Positions 33,665 through 45,788 of a stretch of DNA of 64,000 bases are shown piece by piece. Source of the DNA: Dehalococcoidia bacterium (GTDB lineage Bacteria > Chloroflexota > Dehalococcoidia > Lucifugimonadales > UBA3495); NCBI GenBank assembly GCA_034423575.1, contig DAOUIF010000036.1, positions 9,563 through 73,562 of the forward strand, given 5' to 3'. Every line of letters begins with the position of its first letter. The stretch's first letter is position 1. The notes under the pieces were generated by a model, which did not search any database, was not told where the DNA came from, and saw nothing but the letters and a program-made list of their open reading frames with translations. The translations under genes were made by a program, and so were the position numbers.

Positions 33665-35722
33665 ATGGTTCCCCCCGATTCGCTTTTTGGCGGCATCCCC
33701 GTATGGGTTGGCGTCTACGTTCTAACAGCCCTCACGCTTGGCGTTGCCGGATATGTCGTGTACCACCGCGTATTCCGGCTGGTACTGCAGGGCCTTCCGG
33801 TCGCCCGGTTCGACAGGCCGATGACCCGGCTGTTGGGAGCAGCAGGGATCGTCCTGGGGCAGCGCAAGGTGCTGCAACGGGTGGGCCGATTGGACCCGCG
33901 CTCGAGGAGCATAGATCTGGCCGGATTGGGGCACGCCGCCATCTTCTGGGGCTTCTTGTCATTCAGCTTGTCGTACCTGGTCTTCATTTTCGGCGGGTCC
34001 ATCTGGCATCCGCTGGGAGAGACCATACTCACCAGGACCGGGGTGCTGGTCTACAGCATCTACTTGGATATCTTCGCGGCGGTCATCCTGGTTGCGCTCA
34101 GTTGGGCACTGTTCCGCCGTTGGATCGCCCAGCCCCACCGGCTGAGTTTTGACTTAACGCGCAAAGGCGAGTCGGTGGTCATCGTCGGACTGACCGCTGG
34201 CCTGATGGTCGCGACCTTGCTGGTGCACTCCTTCTACGTGGCGTCCGGCGGGGCAGGTCCAGAGGCTCGCGTATTCATCGGCGCGGCTATCGGCAATTGG
34301 TTCAGTGGTATGGGAATGTCGCCAGCCACCGCCGGCGCGCTCCAGGCGATCTTCTGGTGGGTGCACCTGCTAATCGTACTTGGCTTTGGGCTCTACGTCC
34401 CCTTCTCCAAGCACATCCACATGGTAGCCGCTCCGCTGAACGCCTTCTTCCGGAACTTGGAGCCCCGGGGCACTTTGGCAACCATGGACCTGGAAACCGT
34501 CGAGCGGTTCGGGGCGTCGCGGGTGCAGGACTTCACCTGGAAAGAGCTGCTGGACGGATACGCGTGCGCGGTATGCGGCAGGTGCACCGACGCCTGTCCC
34601 GCGCACACCACGGGCAAGGTGCTCTCGCCCATGCACATCGTGGAGAACCTCAAGGAGCACATGATCGCCATCGGGCACCAAGGCGCGCGCAACGCTGAGC
34701 ATGTGGAGCCCATGCCACTGATCGACGGCGCGATCCCCGAGCAAGCGGTGTGGGACTGCGTATCTTGCGGGGCGTGCATGGAGGAATGCCCCGTCGTGGT
34801 CGAGCATGTCCCCACCATCATCGACATGCGCCGCAGCCTGGTGCTGGAGGAATCGCGCATACCCGAGACGGGCATGAACGCCCTGTTGAGCTTGGAGCAG
34901 CGTGGACACCCGTGGCGTGGCACGACCTTTGCCCGCACCGACTGGGCGGAAGGCCTGGGCGTCCCAACCATGGCGGAAAAACCCGACGCCGAGGTGCTTT
35001 TCTGGGTTGGCTGCACGGGCGCTCTGGAACAACGCAGTCAGGGCGTCGCGCGTTCGATGGTCAAGGTGCTGAAGTCGGCGGGCGTGGATTTCGCCATCCT
35101 GGGAGACGAAGAGAGCTGCACCGGCGACCCGGCCCGGCGCATGGGCAACGAGTACCTGTTCCAGATCATGGCGCAGCAAAACGTAGAAGTGATGAACAGT
35201 TACGATGTGAAGACCGTTGTCACCATCTGCCCGCACTGTTTCAACACCATGAAGAACGAGTATCCACAGTTCGGCGGCGACTACGAGGTGCTGCACTACA
35301 GCCAATTCGTGGACGGGCTTATTCGAGACGGCAGGATCAAGCCGGTCAAGATGATGGACGTGTCGGTGGCCTACCACGACTCGTGCTACCTGGGCCGTCA
35401 CAACGGGGTTTACGACGAGCCGCGCAACGTGGCCAAAGCCATCCCCGGACTGAAACTGTTGGAGATGGCGCCCCGATGCCGGGAGCGCGGCTTCTGCTGT
35501 GGCGCCGGTGGCGGCCACATGTGGATCGAGGAGAGCCAGGGCGAACGCATCAACCACGCGCGCACCGACCACTTCCTTGAGACCCAGGCCGACACGGTGG
35601 GCGTGTCCTGCCCGTTCTGTCTGCAGATGATGACCGAGGGCATCCAATCCAAAGGACACGCCGAGAGCAAGGACGCGCGCGACGTGCTGGAAATACTGGC
35701 CGACAGCCTGGGCGACGATTAG
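33665..35722 (+). CDS. Membrane-bound Fe-S oxidoreductase: N-terminal NarI/DsrM-like polytopic domain fused to an HdrD/GlpC-like 2x[4Fe-4S] plus two CCG domains
   Basis: ORF 33539..35722; start taken as ATG 33665. About 6 N-terminal TM segments, CAVCGRCTDACP and CVSCGACMEECP ferredoxin motifs, and CCG-type motifs CPHCFNTMKNEY and CCGAGGGHMW. Confidence 0.75.
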   Translation: MVPPDSLFGGIPVWVGVYVLTALTLGVAGYVVYHRVFRLVLQGLPVARFDRPMTRLLGAAGIVLGQRKVLQRVGRLDPRSRSIDLAGLGHAAIFWGFLSFSLSYLVFIFGGSIWHPLGETILTRTGVLVYSIYLDIFAAVILVALSWALFRRWIAQPHRLSFDLTRKGESVVIVGLTAGLMVATLLVHSFYVASGGAGPEARVFIGAAIGNWFSGMGMSPATAGALQAIFWWVHLLIVLGFGLYVPFSKHIHMVAAPLNAFFRNLEPRGTLATMDLETVERFGASRVQDFTWKELLDGYACAVCGRCTDACPAHTTGKVLSPMHIVENLKEHMIAIGHQGARNAEHVEPMPLIDGAIPEQAVWDCVSCGACMEECPVVVEHVPTIIDMRRSLVLEESRIPETGMNALLSLEQRGHPWRGTTFARTDWAEGLGVPTMAEKPDAEVLFWVGCTGALEQRSQGVARSMVKVLKSAGVDFAILGDEESCTGDPARRMGNEYLFQIMAQQNVEVMNSYDVKTVVTICPHCFNTMKNEYPQFGGDYEVLHYSQFVDGLIRDGRIKPVKMMDVSVAYHDSCYLGRHNGVYDEPRNVAKAIPGLKLLEMAPRCRERGFCCGAGGGHMWIEESQGERINHARTDHFLETQADTVGVSCPFCLQMMTEGIQSKGHAESKDARDVLEILADSLGDD

Positions 35723-35901
35723 TTGGTCGGCTGACAATATCAACGGTCTCCGGTCACGTCGGGCCGGTCTTTCCGCTTCAAAGTCCACCGTCAGTCCCCG
35801 CGTCGTATGGATCGTTGCACGACCCGAGGTCATCTGTGGTGATCGACCGTTTCGATATGGCACGGGACCAGTTCAAGTTTCGTTTGCAGGGATGTTGAAC
35901 C

Positions 35902-36702
35902 ATGTTCATGGACATTATGGAACGTCGGTTGCTTTTTCAACCCCAACCGGTATCCGACGCCCTGCCGACGGACCTGGGATTGGAATTCGAAGAGACGTGG
36001 TGTCAGTCGGAACGCGGCCATCAGTTGCAGTGCTGGTTTGTGCCCGGGGACCGTCGCACCGACCTGACCTGGATGTGGTTTGGCGGGGCAGGCGGCAATT
36101 TGAGCCTCCGGGTTGGCGAGTTTGCTGCGGTGCGGAAACACACCGGCGCAAATATTTTCGGGTTCGATTACCGAGGTTTCGGCAACAGCCGGGGAAAAGC
36201 AACCGTGCGTAACACCGCCGCCGATGCGCGGGCTGCTCTGGCTCATCTTCAGCGAACCTATGGATCTGATCGAGCTAACACCCTGTTCATGGGGATATCG
36301 ATGGGCGCCGCCGTGTCGATACGGTTGGCCGCCGAAACCTGGTCCCCGCTGGCCATAGCCCTGGTCGCGCCCTTCGCCTCCCTGAGTGACATGGGTCGGC
36401 TGCTCTATCCTACCCTGACCTGGCGGGGACGGCTGATCGGCAATCGCTACAATTCGGCGGCTCTCGTGGATCGCATCGACTGTCCATTACTCATACTTCA
36501 CGGAACGGACGACGAACTGGTGCCGCTGTCGCAGGGGCGCAAATTGTACGACGCAGCTCGGGGGCCAAAACGGCTGCTCACCATCAATGCTGCCGGCCAC
36601 ATGAACGTGGGCGACTACCCTGAATTTTGGGAAGGGTTGTGTGCCTGGATGGACGAGTCGGTCTTGATCGATCGGGACCCTGGCTCGACCCGCCGGGCTT
36701 AA
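35902..36702 (+). CDS. Alpha/beta hydrolase fold protein
   Basis: FGFDYRGFGNSRG, nucleophile elbow GISMGAA, and LLILHGTDDELVP. Confidence 0.75.
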   Translation: MFMDIMERRLLFQPQPVSDALPTDLGLEFEETWCQSERGHQLQCWFVPGDRRTDLTWMWFGGAGGNLSLRVGEFAAVRKHTGANIFGFDYRGFGNSRGKATVRNTAADARAALAHLQRTYGSDRANTLFMGISMGAAVSIRLAAETWSPLAIALVAPFASLSDMGRLLYPTLTWRGRLIGNRYNSAALVDRIDCPLLILHGTDDELVPLSQGRKLYDAARGPKRLLTINAAGHMNVGDYPEFWEGLCAWMDESVLIDRDPGSTRRA

Positions 36703-36729
36703 TCTCCCGCTTTGTTCCCCGGTCCGACA

Positions 36730-36758
36730 TTGCGTTGCCCGGAGGATTGGCCTATCAT
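36730..36758 (+). promoter_or_regulatory. Candidate promoter of the SelW-like gene
   Basis: TTGCGT (36730-36735), a 17-nt spacer, then TATCAT (36753-36758), about 45 nt upstream of ATG 36806. Confidence 0.4.
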
Positions 36759-36805
36759 CCGCCGCAACGGGCGTACCGCACACGGCGACGCAAGGGAGGG
36801 AAACC

Positions 36806-37075
36806 ATGGCTCAACGGCCCGACGTCAAGCGCATGGAAATCGAAATCGTTTACTGTTGGGATTGAGGACACGCCGGACGCGCGGCCTGGATGGCCAGCGA
36901 AGCATTGACCCGCACCGGCGACAACATATCGACGTTCAAACTGACCCCCGGAGATCACGGCAAGTTTGACATCCTGATCGACGGTGAATTGGTGGGCGAA
37001 CACAAGCACACCCCTGATGCCCACCTGTTCCCGGACCTGCAGGACCTCATGGCGGCAATCAACGATCGGATGTAA
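36806..37075 (+). CDS. SelW/Rdx-family thioredoxin-fold protein with in-frame TGA at 36863-36865; candidate selenocysteine U20 in a C-x-x-U motif
   Basis: The track shows only 36890..37075 (61 aa). The same frame extends upstream through one TGA to ATG 36806 (AAGGGAGGG SD 5 nt upstream): MAQRPDVKRMEIEIVYCWD-TGA-GHAGRAAWMASEALTRTGDNISTFKLTPGDHGKFDILIDGELVGEHKH. This fits the Rdx pattern I.YCxxU....RA...A..L......L.PG..G.F.v..DGeL. Confidence 0.65.
36880..36899 (+). promoter_or_regulatory. Candidate bacterial SECIS stem-loop downstream of the SelW-like TGA
   Basis: CGC-GGCC / UGGAU loop / GGCC-A-GCG is a 7-bp stem with a bulged A. The loop G residues are 26-27 nt from the U of UGA. Folded by eye. 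Confidence 0.35.
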
Positions 37076-37093
37076 CCCGGATTTGCAATCGCC

Positions 37094-37136
37094 GCCCGGA
37101 TTTCCGCATCACGCGGACGATCCGGGCGCTTTTTTG
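37094..37136 (+). terminator. Intrinsic terminator after the SelW-like gene
   Basis: GCCCGGAT (37094-37101) pairs with ATCCGGGC (37120-37127), with an inner CCGC/GCGG stem, followed by gcTTTTTTg. Confidence 0.7.
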
Positions 37137-37139
37137 TCC

Positions 37140-37439
37140 TTAGAACCCGCTCATCACTTCGATCTGGTAATCCAGGATCTCCAGGTCAGGGCGAACCTCG
37201 CTCACGAATTGCACCACATCGTCGATCAGCGACCTGGTCTGATCGGCGCTGACGCCAACGCAGGACACGGCAAGGGTCACGCTCTGCCACGCATTCCCGT
37301 CGGCTCCAGCATCCTGGGCGACCGAAACGTTGAAACGGGCCCGAATCCGCGATATCAGGCTCCGAGCAGCTTGCCTTCGGGTCTTCAGGCTGCGACTTTC
37401 GGGCACGCGGAGACTTATGTGGGCCACGGCGACGTGCAT
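37140..37439 (-). CDS. DUF503 (YlxP-like) family protein
   Basis: MHVAVAHISLRVPESRSLKTRRQAARSLISRIRARFNVSVAQ is the typical DUF503 opening. Confidence 0.65.
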   Translation of the reverse strand: MHVAVAHISLRVPESRSLKTRRQAARSLISRIRARFNVSVAQDAGADGNAWQSVTLAVSCVGVSADQTRSLIDDVVQFVSEVRPDLEILDYQIEVMSGF

Positions 37440-37584
37440 GGATCGATTACCAGGGCGGGGCGTCGTGAAAATGACGGCAGGGTGTAATTGGGCCGTCGCT
37501 GACGTTTGAGATTTGCCAGAAGCGTGCGGCCAACGGCGACAAACACGGGCGTCTAACGATCATTCGCACCCGCAGGCGCCGGTA

Positions 37585-37613
37585 TTGACGATGAATAAGT
37601 GTAGGGATAGATT
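37585..37613 (+). promoter_or_regulatory. Candidate promoter of rex
   Basis: TTGACG (37585-37590), a 17-nt spacer, then TAGATT (37608-37613), in an AT-richer stretch. Confidence 0.35.
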
Positions 37614-37718
37614 ATGATTGAACGCCTGATGGCATAGAAACAATTTACCGTATGCTCCCGGCTTACGTAAATCCGCTGAGAATATTTCAGCCACTGGAAA
37701 TAAAACACAACACGAGCG

Positions 37719-38423
37719 ATGTCATCCCTTTCAGGCGGACCAGGGACCAGTCCTATGACGGCCATACCCCCCGGTGAAGTCCCCGAGGTGGTCATTTCCA
37801 GGTTGCCTCAATACGTTCGTATCCTCTCGCAACTGCTGGACTCGGGCGGCGAGGTGACCAATTCTCAACAGTTGGGCGAGCAGTTGCAGGTTACTCCGGC
37901 CCAGATTCGCAAGGATCTATCCTACTTCGGCAGGTTCGGGAAGCAGGGCCGAGGCTACGTCGTGCGCGACCTGTTGCGGGAACTCAAACAGATCCTGGGC
38001 CTGAACTCGGAATGGAACGTGGCTGTCGTCGGCGTGGGCCGGCTGGGGAACGCCATCCTGAACTACCCCGGCTTCAATCCCGACGGGTTCCACCTGGTGG
38101 CGGCGTTCGACAACAACTTGGCCAACGTGGGCCGTGAGGTCGGCGGCGTATCCGTTCAACCGATGGTCGAGATGGCGCAGACGGTCGCCGAACGAGACAT
38201 CAGCATCGCCATTGTCGCCGTTCCCAGCGCACACACGCAGACCGTCATCGACCAACTGGTGGGATGCGGGGTGCGGGCGATCCTGAATTACGCGCCCATC
38301 AACGCCCAAGTCCCAGACGGTATCCGGGTGCGCAACATCGACCCGGTGTTGGCCCTCCAGTCGATGACCTACTACCTTACCGAAGGTGGTCCCTGGGCCA
38401 ACGGCTCCGCGCCGGCGGGCTGA
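37719..38423 (+). CDS. rex: Redox-sensing transcriptional repressor Rex
   Basis: VISRLPQYVRILSQL..NSQQLGEQLQVTPAQIRKDLSYFGRFGKQGRGY..VAVVGVGRLGNAILNY. Confidence 0.9.
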   Translation: MSSLSGGPGTSPMTAIPPGEVPEVVISRLPQYVRILSQLLDSGGEVTNSQQLGEQLQVTPAQIRKDLSYFGRFGKQGRGYVVRDLLRELKQILGLNSEWNVAVVGVGRLGNAILNYPGFNPDGFHLVAAFDNNLANVGREVGGVSVQPMVEMAQTVAERDISIAIVAVPSAHTQTVIDQLVGCGVRAILNYAPINAQVPDGIRVRNIDPVLALQSMTYYLTEGGPWANGSAPAG

Positions 38424-38425
38424 AG

Positions 38426-38866
38426 CTACTGCTGGGACTGCCGCGCCAGCGAGCGGTGCGGGGCAGAGCGGCGCCGCCGCGCCACGGTTACGCGGACCTG
38501 GGCCCGCCGCAAGGACGCCACGGCCTGCTCCAGTTCGATATCAGACTCCCGGCTCGCGATGCGTTCCTGCGCTCGCGCCAACGCTTCTTGCGCCCGGGCC
38601 TCGTCGATTTCGTCCACGTCCTCGGCGGCGTCGGCGAGGACGATCACCTGATTGCCCAGCACCTCCAGGTACCCGCCGGAGAGAGCGAGGTAGCTTTCAT
38701 CGCCGCCGGCTCGGACGAGTAGCTCGCCCGGCTGCAGCACCGTCATCAGCGGGGCATGGTTGGGCAGAATGCCCAGTTGCCCGGCCACACCCGGCGCGAC
38801 CAGTGCGTCCACCTCTCCGGAGAACACCTCGCGTTCAGCGGTGATGATTTGCAACTGCATCGGCAT
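38426..38866 (-). CDS. atpC: F1 ATP synthase epsilon subunit
   Basis: LQIITAEREVFSGEVDALVAPGVAGQLGILPNHAPLMTVL; last gene of the atp operon. Confidence 0.9.
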   Translation of the reverse strand: MPMQLQIITAEREVFSGEVDALVAPGVAGQLGILPNHAPLMTVLQPGELLVRAGGDESYLALSGGYLEVLGNQVIVLADAAEDVDEIDEARAQEALARAQERIASRESDIELEQAVASLRRAQVRVTVARRRRSAPHRSLARQSQQ

Positions 38867-38903
38867 CGGGACGAGCTCCTATCGATTCACGACTTCCGGA
38901 AGA

Positions 38904-40385
<1,482 letters not shown>

Positions 40386-41246
40386 CTATCCCTCCAGCGC
40401 GACCTGGCCGCCGACCAGGTCCAGCAACTCGTTGGTAATGCTGTCCTGGCGGAGCTTGTTCATAACCAGCGTCAGGTCGGAAGCCAGCTGGTTGGCGTTG
40501 TCGGTGGCGTTCCTCATTGCGACCATGCGCGCAGACTGTTCGCTGGCGATGCTTTCCAGGATCGCATGGTACACCTGCATTTCAACGAACTGCGGTAGCA
40601 GCGCGCTGAGCACCGTGGCCGGATCCGGCTCGTAGATGTAGCCGACCCGCTGGGCGGATTCCAGCGCCGCCGGTTCCACAGGCAGGATCCGTTCGATGAC
40701 CGGCTCCTGCTGGACGGTGGACACGAAGCGCATATAGGCCAGGTGCACTTCGTCAAATTGGCCCTCGGTGTACCCGTCTATGACCAGGCGCGAAATCGCC
40801 GTGGTGTCGGCCAGGGCAACCCGATCGCTCAGGTCGGTGAAAACGGCCTGTACCGTGTCGGTATATCGCACCAGGAAGTCGCGCCCCTTCCGGCCTACCA
40901 CGATGCTGCGGACGGTGGCGTCGCTGCCCAGGATAAACCGGGCTACCTGGCGGTTTATGTTGGCGTGCATGCCGCCGGCCAACCCACGATCCGGAGTGAT
41001 CACCACCATTCCCACAGTGTTGACCGGACGGGTTTCCAACAGCGGGTGGACCGTTTCTTCGTCGGTGGGCTGCGCGGCCAGCGTGGCGATCACTTCGTGG
41101 ATCTTCTCCGCGTACGGGCGACCGTCCGTCACGGCCAACTGGGCCCGGCGCATCTTGGACGCCGCGATGAGAGACATCGCGTTGGTGACCTTTCCGGTGT
41201 TTTCGACGCTCCGAATGCGTCGGCGGATGTCTCTAACGCTAGGCAT
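40386..41246 (-). CDS. atpG: F1 ATP synthase gamma subunit
   Basis: MPSVRDIRRRIRSVENTGKVTNAMSLIAASKMRRAQ and a C-terminal ITNELLDLVGG. Confidence 0.95.
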   Translation of the reverse strand: MPSVRDIRRRIRSVENTGKVTNAMSLIAASKMRRAQLAVTDGRPYAEKIHEVIATLAAQPTDEETVHPLLETRPVNTVGMVVITPDRGLAGGMHANINRQVARFILGSDATVRSIVVGRKGRDFLVRYTDTVQAVFTDLSDRVALADTTAISRLVIDGYTEGQFDEVHLAYMRFVSTVQQEPVIERILPVEPAALESAQRVGYIYEPDPATVLSALLPQFVEMQVYHAILESIASEQSARMVAMRNATDNANQLASDLTLVMNKLRQDSITNELLDLVGGQVALEG

Positions 41247-41294
41247 GTGCTGACCCTGGGTGCTCCCGGAAATGGGGACTTGCGTCCCGCGCTC

Positions 41295-42803
41295 CTATTG
41301 GAATGTGGGCTTGAAATCGTTGATGGCCGCAGCGAGTTCACCGCTGAGCTCGTCAGGCAGGTTGCCGGTGTCGCGGATAGCCTGACTGAATTCCGGATGC
41401 GTGGCGTTGATATGGCGGAGCATCTGCTCCTCGAAGGCGCCGACGCGCTCCAACGGTATATCTTCCATCAGCCCGGAGTTCACGGCAAAGAGCACGATCA
41501 CCTCGTCGCCCAGATTCAGGGGCTGATACTGGCCTTGCTTGAGCGCTTCGGTAGCCAACTGCCCTCGAGCCAACTGGGCGCGGGTCGCCGCGTCCAGGTC
41601 TGCCGTGCCGAATTGGGCGAACGTCGCCAGCTCACGATATTGGGCCAGGTCCAGGCGGAGGCGTCCGGCCACCTGCCGCACCGCCCGCGTCTGTGCGGCG
41701 CCGCCCACGCGGGACACGGACAGGCCGACGTTGACCGCGGGGCGGATACCAACGTTGAACAACTCGGGCTCGAGATAGATCTGCCCGTCGGTGATGGAAA
41801 TCACGTTGGTCGGGATGTAGGCCGAAACGTCGCCGGCCTGGGTCTCGATGATGGGGAGAGCGGTCAGCGAACCGCCGCCAAATTCGTCGTCAAGACGGGC
41901 CGCGCGCTCCAAAAGCCGGCTGTGCAGATAGAACACGTCTCCGGGATAGGCTTCGCGGCCGGCGGGACGGCGCAGCAACAGCGACATCTGGCGGTATGCC
42001 CAGGCGTGCTTGGTCAGGTCGTCATAGACGATCAGCACGTCCTTGCCCTCCTCCATGAAGGCCTCACCCATGGCGCAGCCGGCGTAGGGGGCGATGAATT
42101 GCAGCGGCGCCGAGTCGGCGGAGCCGGCGTTCACCACGATGGTGTGATCCATCGCGCCGTACTCTTCCAGGATGCCCACAACCTGCGAGACCTTGCCCTG
42201 CTTCTGTCCGATGGCGACGTAGATGCAGATCAGGTCCGTTTCCCGCTGGTTGATGATGGTGTCGATGGCGATGGCCGACTTCCCCGTGGAACGGTCGCCG
42301 ATGATCAGCTCCCGCTGCCCCCGGCCAATGGGGATCATGGCGTCGATCGCCTTGATGCCGGTCTGCACCGGCGTGTCCACGGATTTTCGGACCACGACGT
42401 TCGGCGCTGTGCGCTCCACGGGCATGGTGCGATCCGTAGCCACCGGACCCTTGCCGTCCAACGGCCGACCCAGCGGGTCCACCACGCGGCCGATCAACGC
42501 GTCGCCCACGGGAACCTCGATGATCTGTCCGGTGGCGCGGACCCGATCACCCTCTTTCACCGCGTTGGGATCGCCCAGGATGGCGGCGCCTACGATGTCC
42601 GATTCGAGGTTGAGCGCGAGTCCAAGCACGTCGTTGCCAAAATCCAGCAATTCGTTCGAGCGGACACTCTGCAATCCCTGGATACTGGCGATACCGTCAC
42701 CCACTTGCAGGACGGTGCCAACGTCGACCAGCGAAAGGTCCCCGCCAAATTCCTCGATCTGACGCCTGATTAGAGAAACTATCTCTTGTCCCCTGACTGC
42801 CAT
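41295..42803 (-). CDS. atpA: F1 ATP synthase alpha subunit
   Basis: Walker [12 protein letters not shown]; the alpha-specific N-terminus [25 protein letters not shown]. Confidence 0.95.
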   Translation of the reverse strand: MAVRGQEIVSLIRRQIEEFGGDLSLVDVGTVLQVGDGIASIQGLQSVRSNELLDFGNDVLGLALNLESDIVGAAILGDPNAVKEGDRVRATGQIIEVPVGDALIGRVVDPLGRPLDGKGPVATDRTMPVERTAPNVVVRKSVDTPVQTGIKAIDAMIPIGRGQRELIIGDRSTGKSAIAIDTIINQRETDLICIYVAIGQKQGKVSQVVGILEEYGAMDHTIVVNAGSADSAPLQFIAPYAGCAMGEAFMEEGKDVLIVYDDLTKHAWAYRQMSLLLRRPAGREAYPGDVFYLHSRLLERAARLDDEFGGGSLTALPIIETQAGDVSAYIPTNVISITDGQIYLEPELFNVGIRPAVNVGLSVSRVGGAAQTRAVRQVAGRLRLDLAQYRELATFAQFGTADLDAATRAQLARGQLATEALKQGQYQPLNLGDEVIVLFAVNSGLMEDIPLERVGAFEEQMLRHINATHPEFSQAIRDTGNLPDELSGELAAAINDFKPTFQ

Positions 42804-42830
42804 CGGCGAGTCTCCTAATGATTGCGTTGG

Positions 42831-43424
42831 TTACGCCGCTTGCGCGCGAACTGCCTGGCGGAGCCGTTCCAGGGCGGAGCTTGCGCTGCCGTCCAGCAGT
42901 TGATCGCCAATTTGGATGATCAGCCCACCGAGAATCGACTCGTCCACACTGGCGGTGACCACCACTTCTTTGCCAACCATGCGACCGACCAGGTCGGTGA
43001 TACGGTCCAGTTCGGCTTGCTCCAGCTCCACGGCTGCGGTGACTTCAACTCGTTGACGCCCCAACCGTTCGTCCAACAGGTGGGTGTAGGCTTCCTGTAC
43101 GTCCCTCATGGCATCGACCCCACCCCGGTTGACCAGGAGCGCCACCAGATTCCGGACCATGGCGTGGGTTTCGGACAGCACTTCGTTGATTGCCGCGATT
43201 TTGCGCTCCAGCGGCACTTCGGCGTGACGCAGGAACAACCCGAACTCCTCGTCGCCGAGTACGTCGGCGGCCAAACGGAGTTCCTGGTCCCACGGTTCCA
43301 GCTGCTCGTGTTGCTCAGCCAATTCAAAGATGGCCTGGGCGTAGCGCTGACCGGACAGGCGGTTTGCCACGGGTTCTTGTCTCCCTGGTTCCTGAGCTGG
43401 CATGGCCGGCTCGAAAGCAACCAC
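42831..43424 (-). CDS. atpH: F1 ATP synthase delta subunit (OSCP)
   Basis: Position between atpF and atpA. RYAQAIFELA is the typical delta opening. The exact start is uncertain. Confidence 0.8.
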   Translation of the reverse strand: MVAFEPAMPAQEPGRQEPVANRLSGQRYAQAIFELAEQHEQLEPWDQELRLAADVLGDEEFGLFLRHAEVPLERKIAAINEVLSETHAMVRNLVALLVNRGGVDAMRDVQEAYTHLLDERLGRQRVEVTAAVELEQAELDRITDLVGRMVGKEVVVTASVDESILGGLIIQIGDQLLDGSASSALERLRQAVRAQAA

Positions 43425-43462
43425 GCGCGTTTGATGTGTGGGATGCCCGAATGTTTCCCAGA

Positions 43463-43966
43463 TCAGTTGCGGCGCAGGGTCTGTTCACCCTCGGCCAGGA
43501 CCTGATCGATCAACTCCTGGTGCGCCTGGCGGTCCACACTGCGCCGAATTATCCGTTCGGCAGCAGTAATCGCCAAGTCTCCGAACGCGGCTCTGACCTC
43601 GCTGATCGCAGCGTCACGCTCCCGGGCAATGTCGGCTTGGGCGCGCTCGGAAAATTCCTCGGCCGACTGGCGCGCGCGCGCCATCTCCTCTTCCCGGAAT
43701 CGTTCGGCTGCCTCTCGCGCTTGATCCAACAGCCGCTGGCCTTCGCGCCGTGCCTCGTTAAGCTCCTCCTCAATGGCGGAGCGGGACGTGGCCGCTTCCT
43801 CGCGGGCCCGGTCAGCGGCCGCCAGGCTCTCCCGGATGCTCTCGACACGGCTGTCCAGAGCGTTGAGCAGCGGCCGATAGGCCAGCACTGCCAGCAGAAC
43901 CAGCAGGACGACGTAGTTGATCAGGTAACTGATCAGCGATGGAACGTTCAGTCCCAGTTCAACCAT
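43463..43966 (-). CDS. atpF: Fo ATP synthase subunit b
   Basis: A single N-terminal TM segment followed by a long charged helix (REEAATSRSAIEEELNEARREGQRLLDQAREAAERFREEEMARARQ), in the operon position. Confidence 0.85.
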   Translation of the reverse strand: MVELGLNVPSLISYLINYVVLLVLLAVLAYRPLLNALDSRVESIRESLAAADRAREEAATSRSAIEEELNEARREGQRLLDQAREAAERFREEEMARARQSAEEFSERAQADIARERDAAISEVRAAFGDLAITAAERIIRRSVDRQAHQELIDQVLAEGEQTLRRN

Positions 43967-43970
43967 GTTG

Positions 43971-45359
<1,389 letters not shown>

Positions 45360-45363
<4 letters not shown>

Positions 45364-45638
45364 GACGGTTTGTTGCCTCCGCGGTCAGAACACGGTTTTT
45401 GGGAACGAGCGGCGGTGCGGTTGGGATTGTTGCTTCCGTAGACCGCGGGAATGATCATTCGGTAGACCCCATAGAAGGCCGCCACGCTGCCGAGAACCGT
45501 CCCGATCAATACGAGGAGCGCGACCTGGCCGGTAACATTTCCCAACCAGAGCCCTCCAAGGATGCCCAGGACGATGCAGATTGCAACGAACCAACCCAAG
45601 CCGGTCAGCCGCAACGCGGTTGTCACCCACGGCGGCAT
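45360..45638 (-). CDS. atpZ: AtpZ/AtpI-like small membrane protein preceding the atp operon
   Basis: LRLTGLGWFVAICIVLGILGGLWLGNVTG..LLVLIGTVLGSVAAFYGVYRMI. It overlaps the atpB start by 4 nt. Start is ATG 45638, with a possible TTG at 45650. Confidence 0.65.
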
Positions 45639-45659
45639 TTCCGTTTCCAAACGGCAGGC

Positions 45660-45688
45660 ATCGTAGCATCCGCACTCGGGACTGTCAA
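45660..45688 (-). promoter_or_regulatory. Candidate sigma70-type promoter of the atp operon
   Basis: Minus strand reads TTGACA (45688-45683), a 17-nt spacer, then TACGAT (45665-45660), immediately upstream of atpZ. Confidence 0.5.
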
Positions 45689-45724
45689 TCTGAGATCACG
45701 GCGGCAATCGGCACCCCACTGACC

Positions 45725-45753
45725 AAAATGCCCCACCGTAACCGGCAGGGCAT
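45725..45753 (-). terminator. Intrinsic terminator after the bifunctional-nuclease gene
   Basis: The minus RNA AUGCCCUGCCG-GUUA-CGGUGGGGCAU has an 11-bp stem including two G-U pairs that form only in the minus reading, followed by UUUGG. Confidence 0.5.
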
Positions 45754-45788
45754 CATGCGTTGTTGCGTCCCGGCTGCGCATATGAAAC

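Noticed and set aside
36890-37075. The 61-aa ORF as a stand-alone gene
   Set aside because: It has no SD and lacks the CxxC/U motif of the Rdx family it otherwise matches. The upstream in-frame extension through TGA has a strong SD.
37440-37718. Rex operator (TGTGAA-N6-TTCACA-like) upstream of rex or of the atp operon (45651-45788)
   Set aside because: No such inverted repeat is present in either region.
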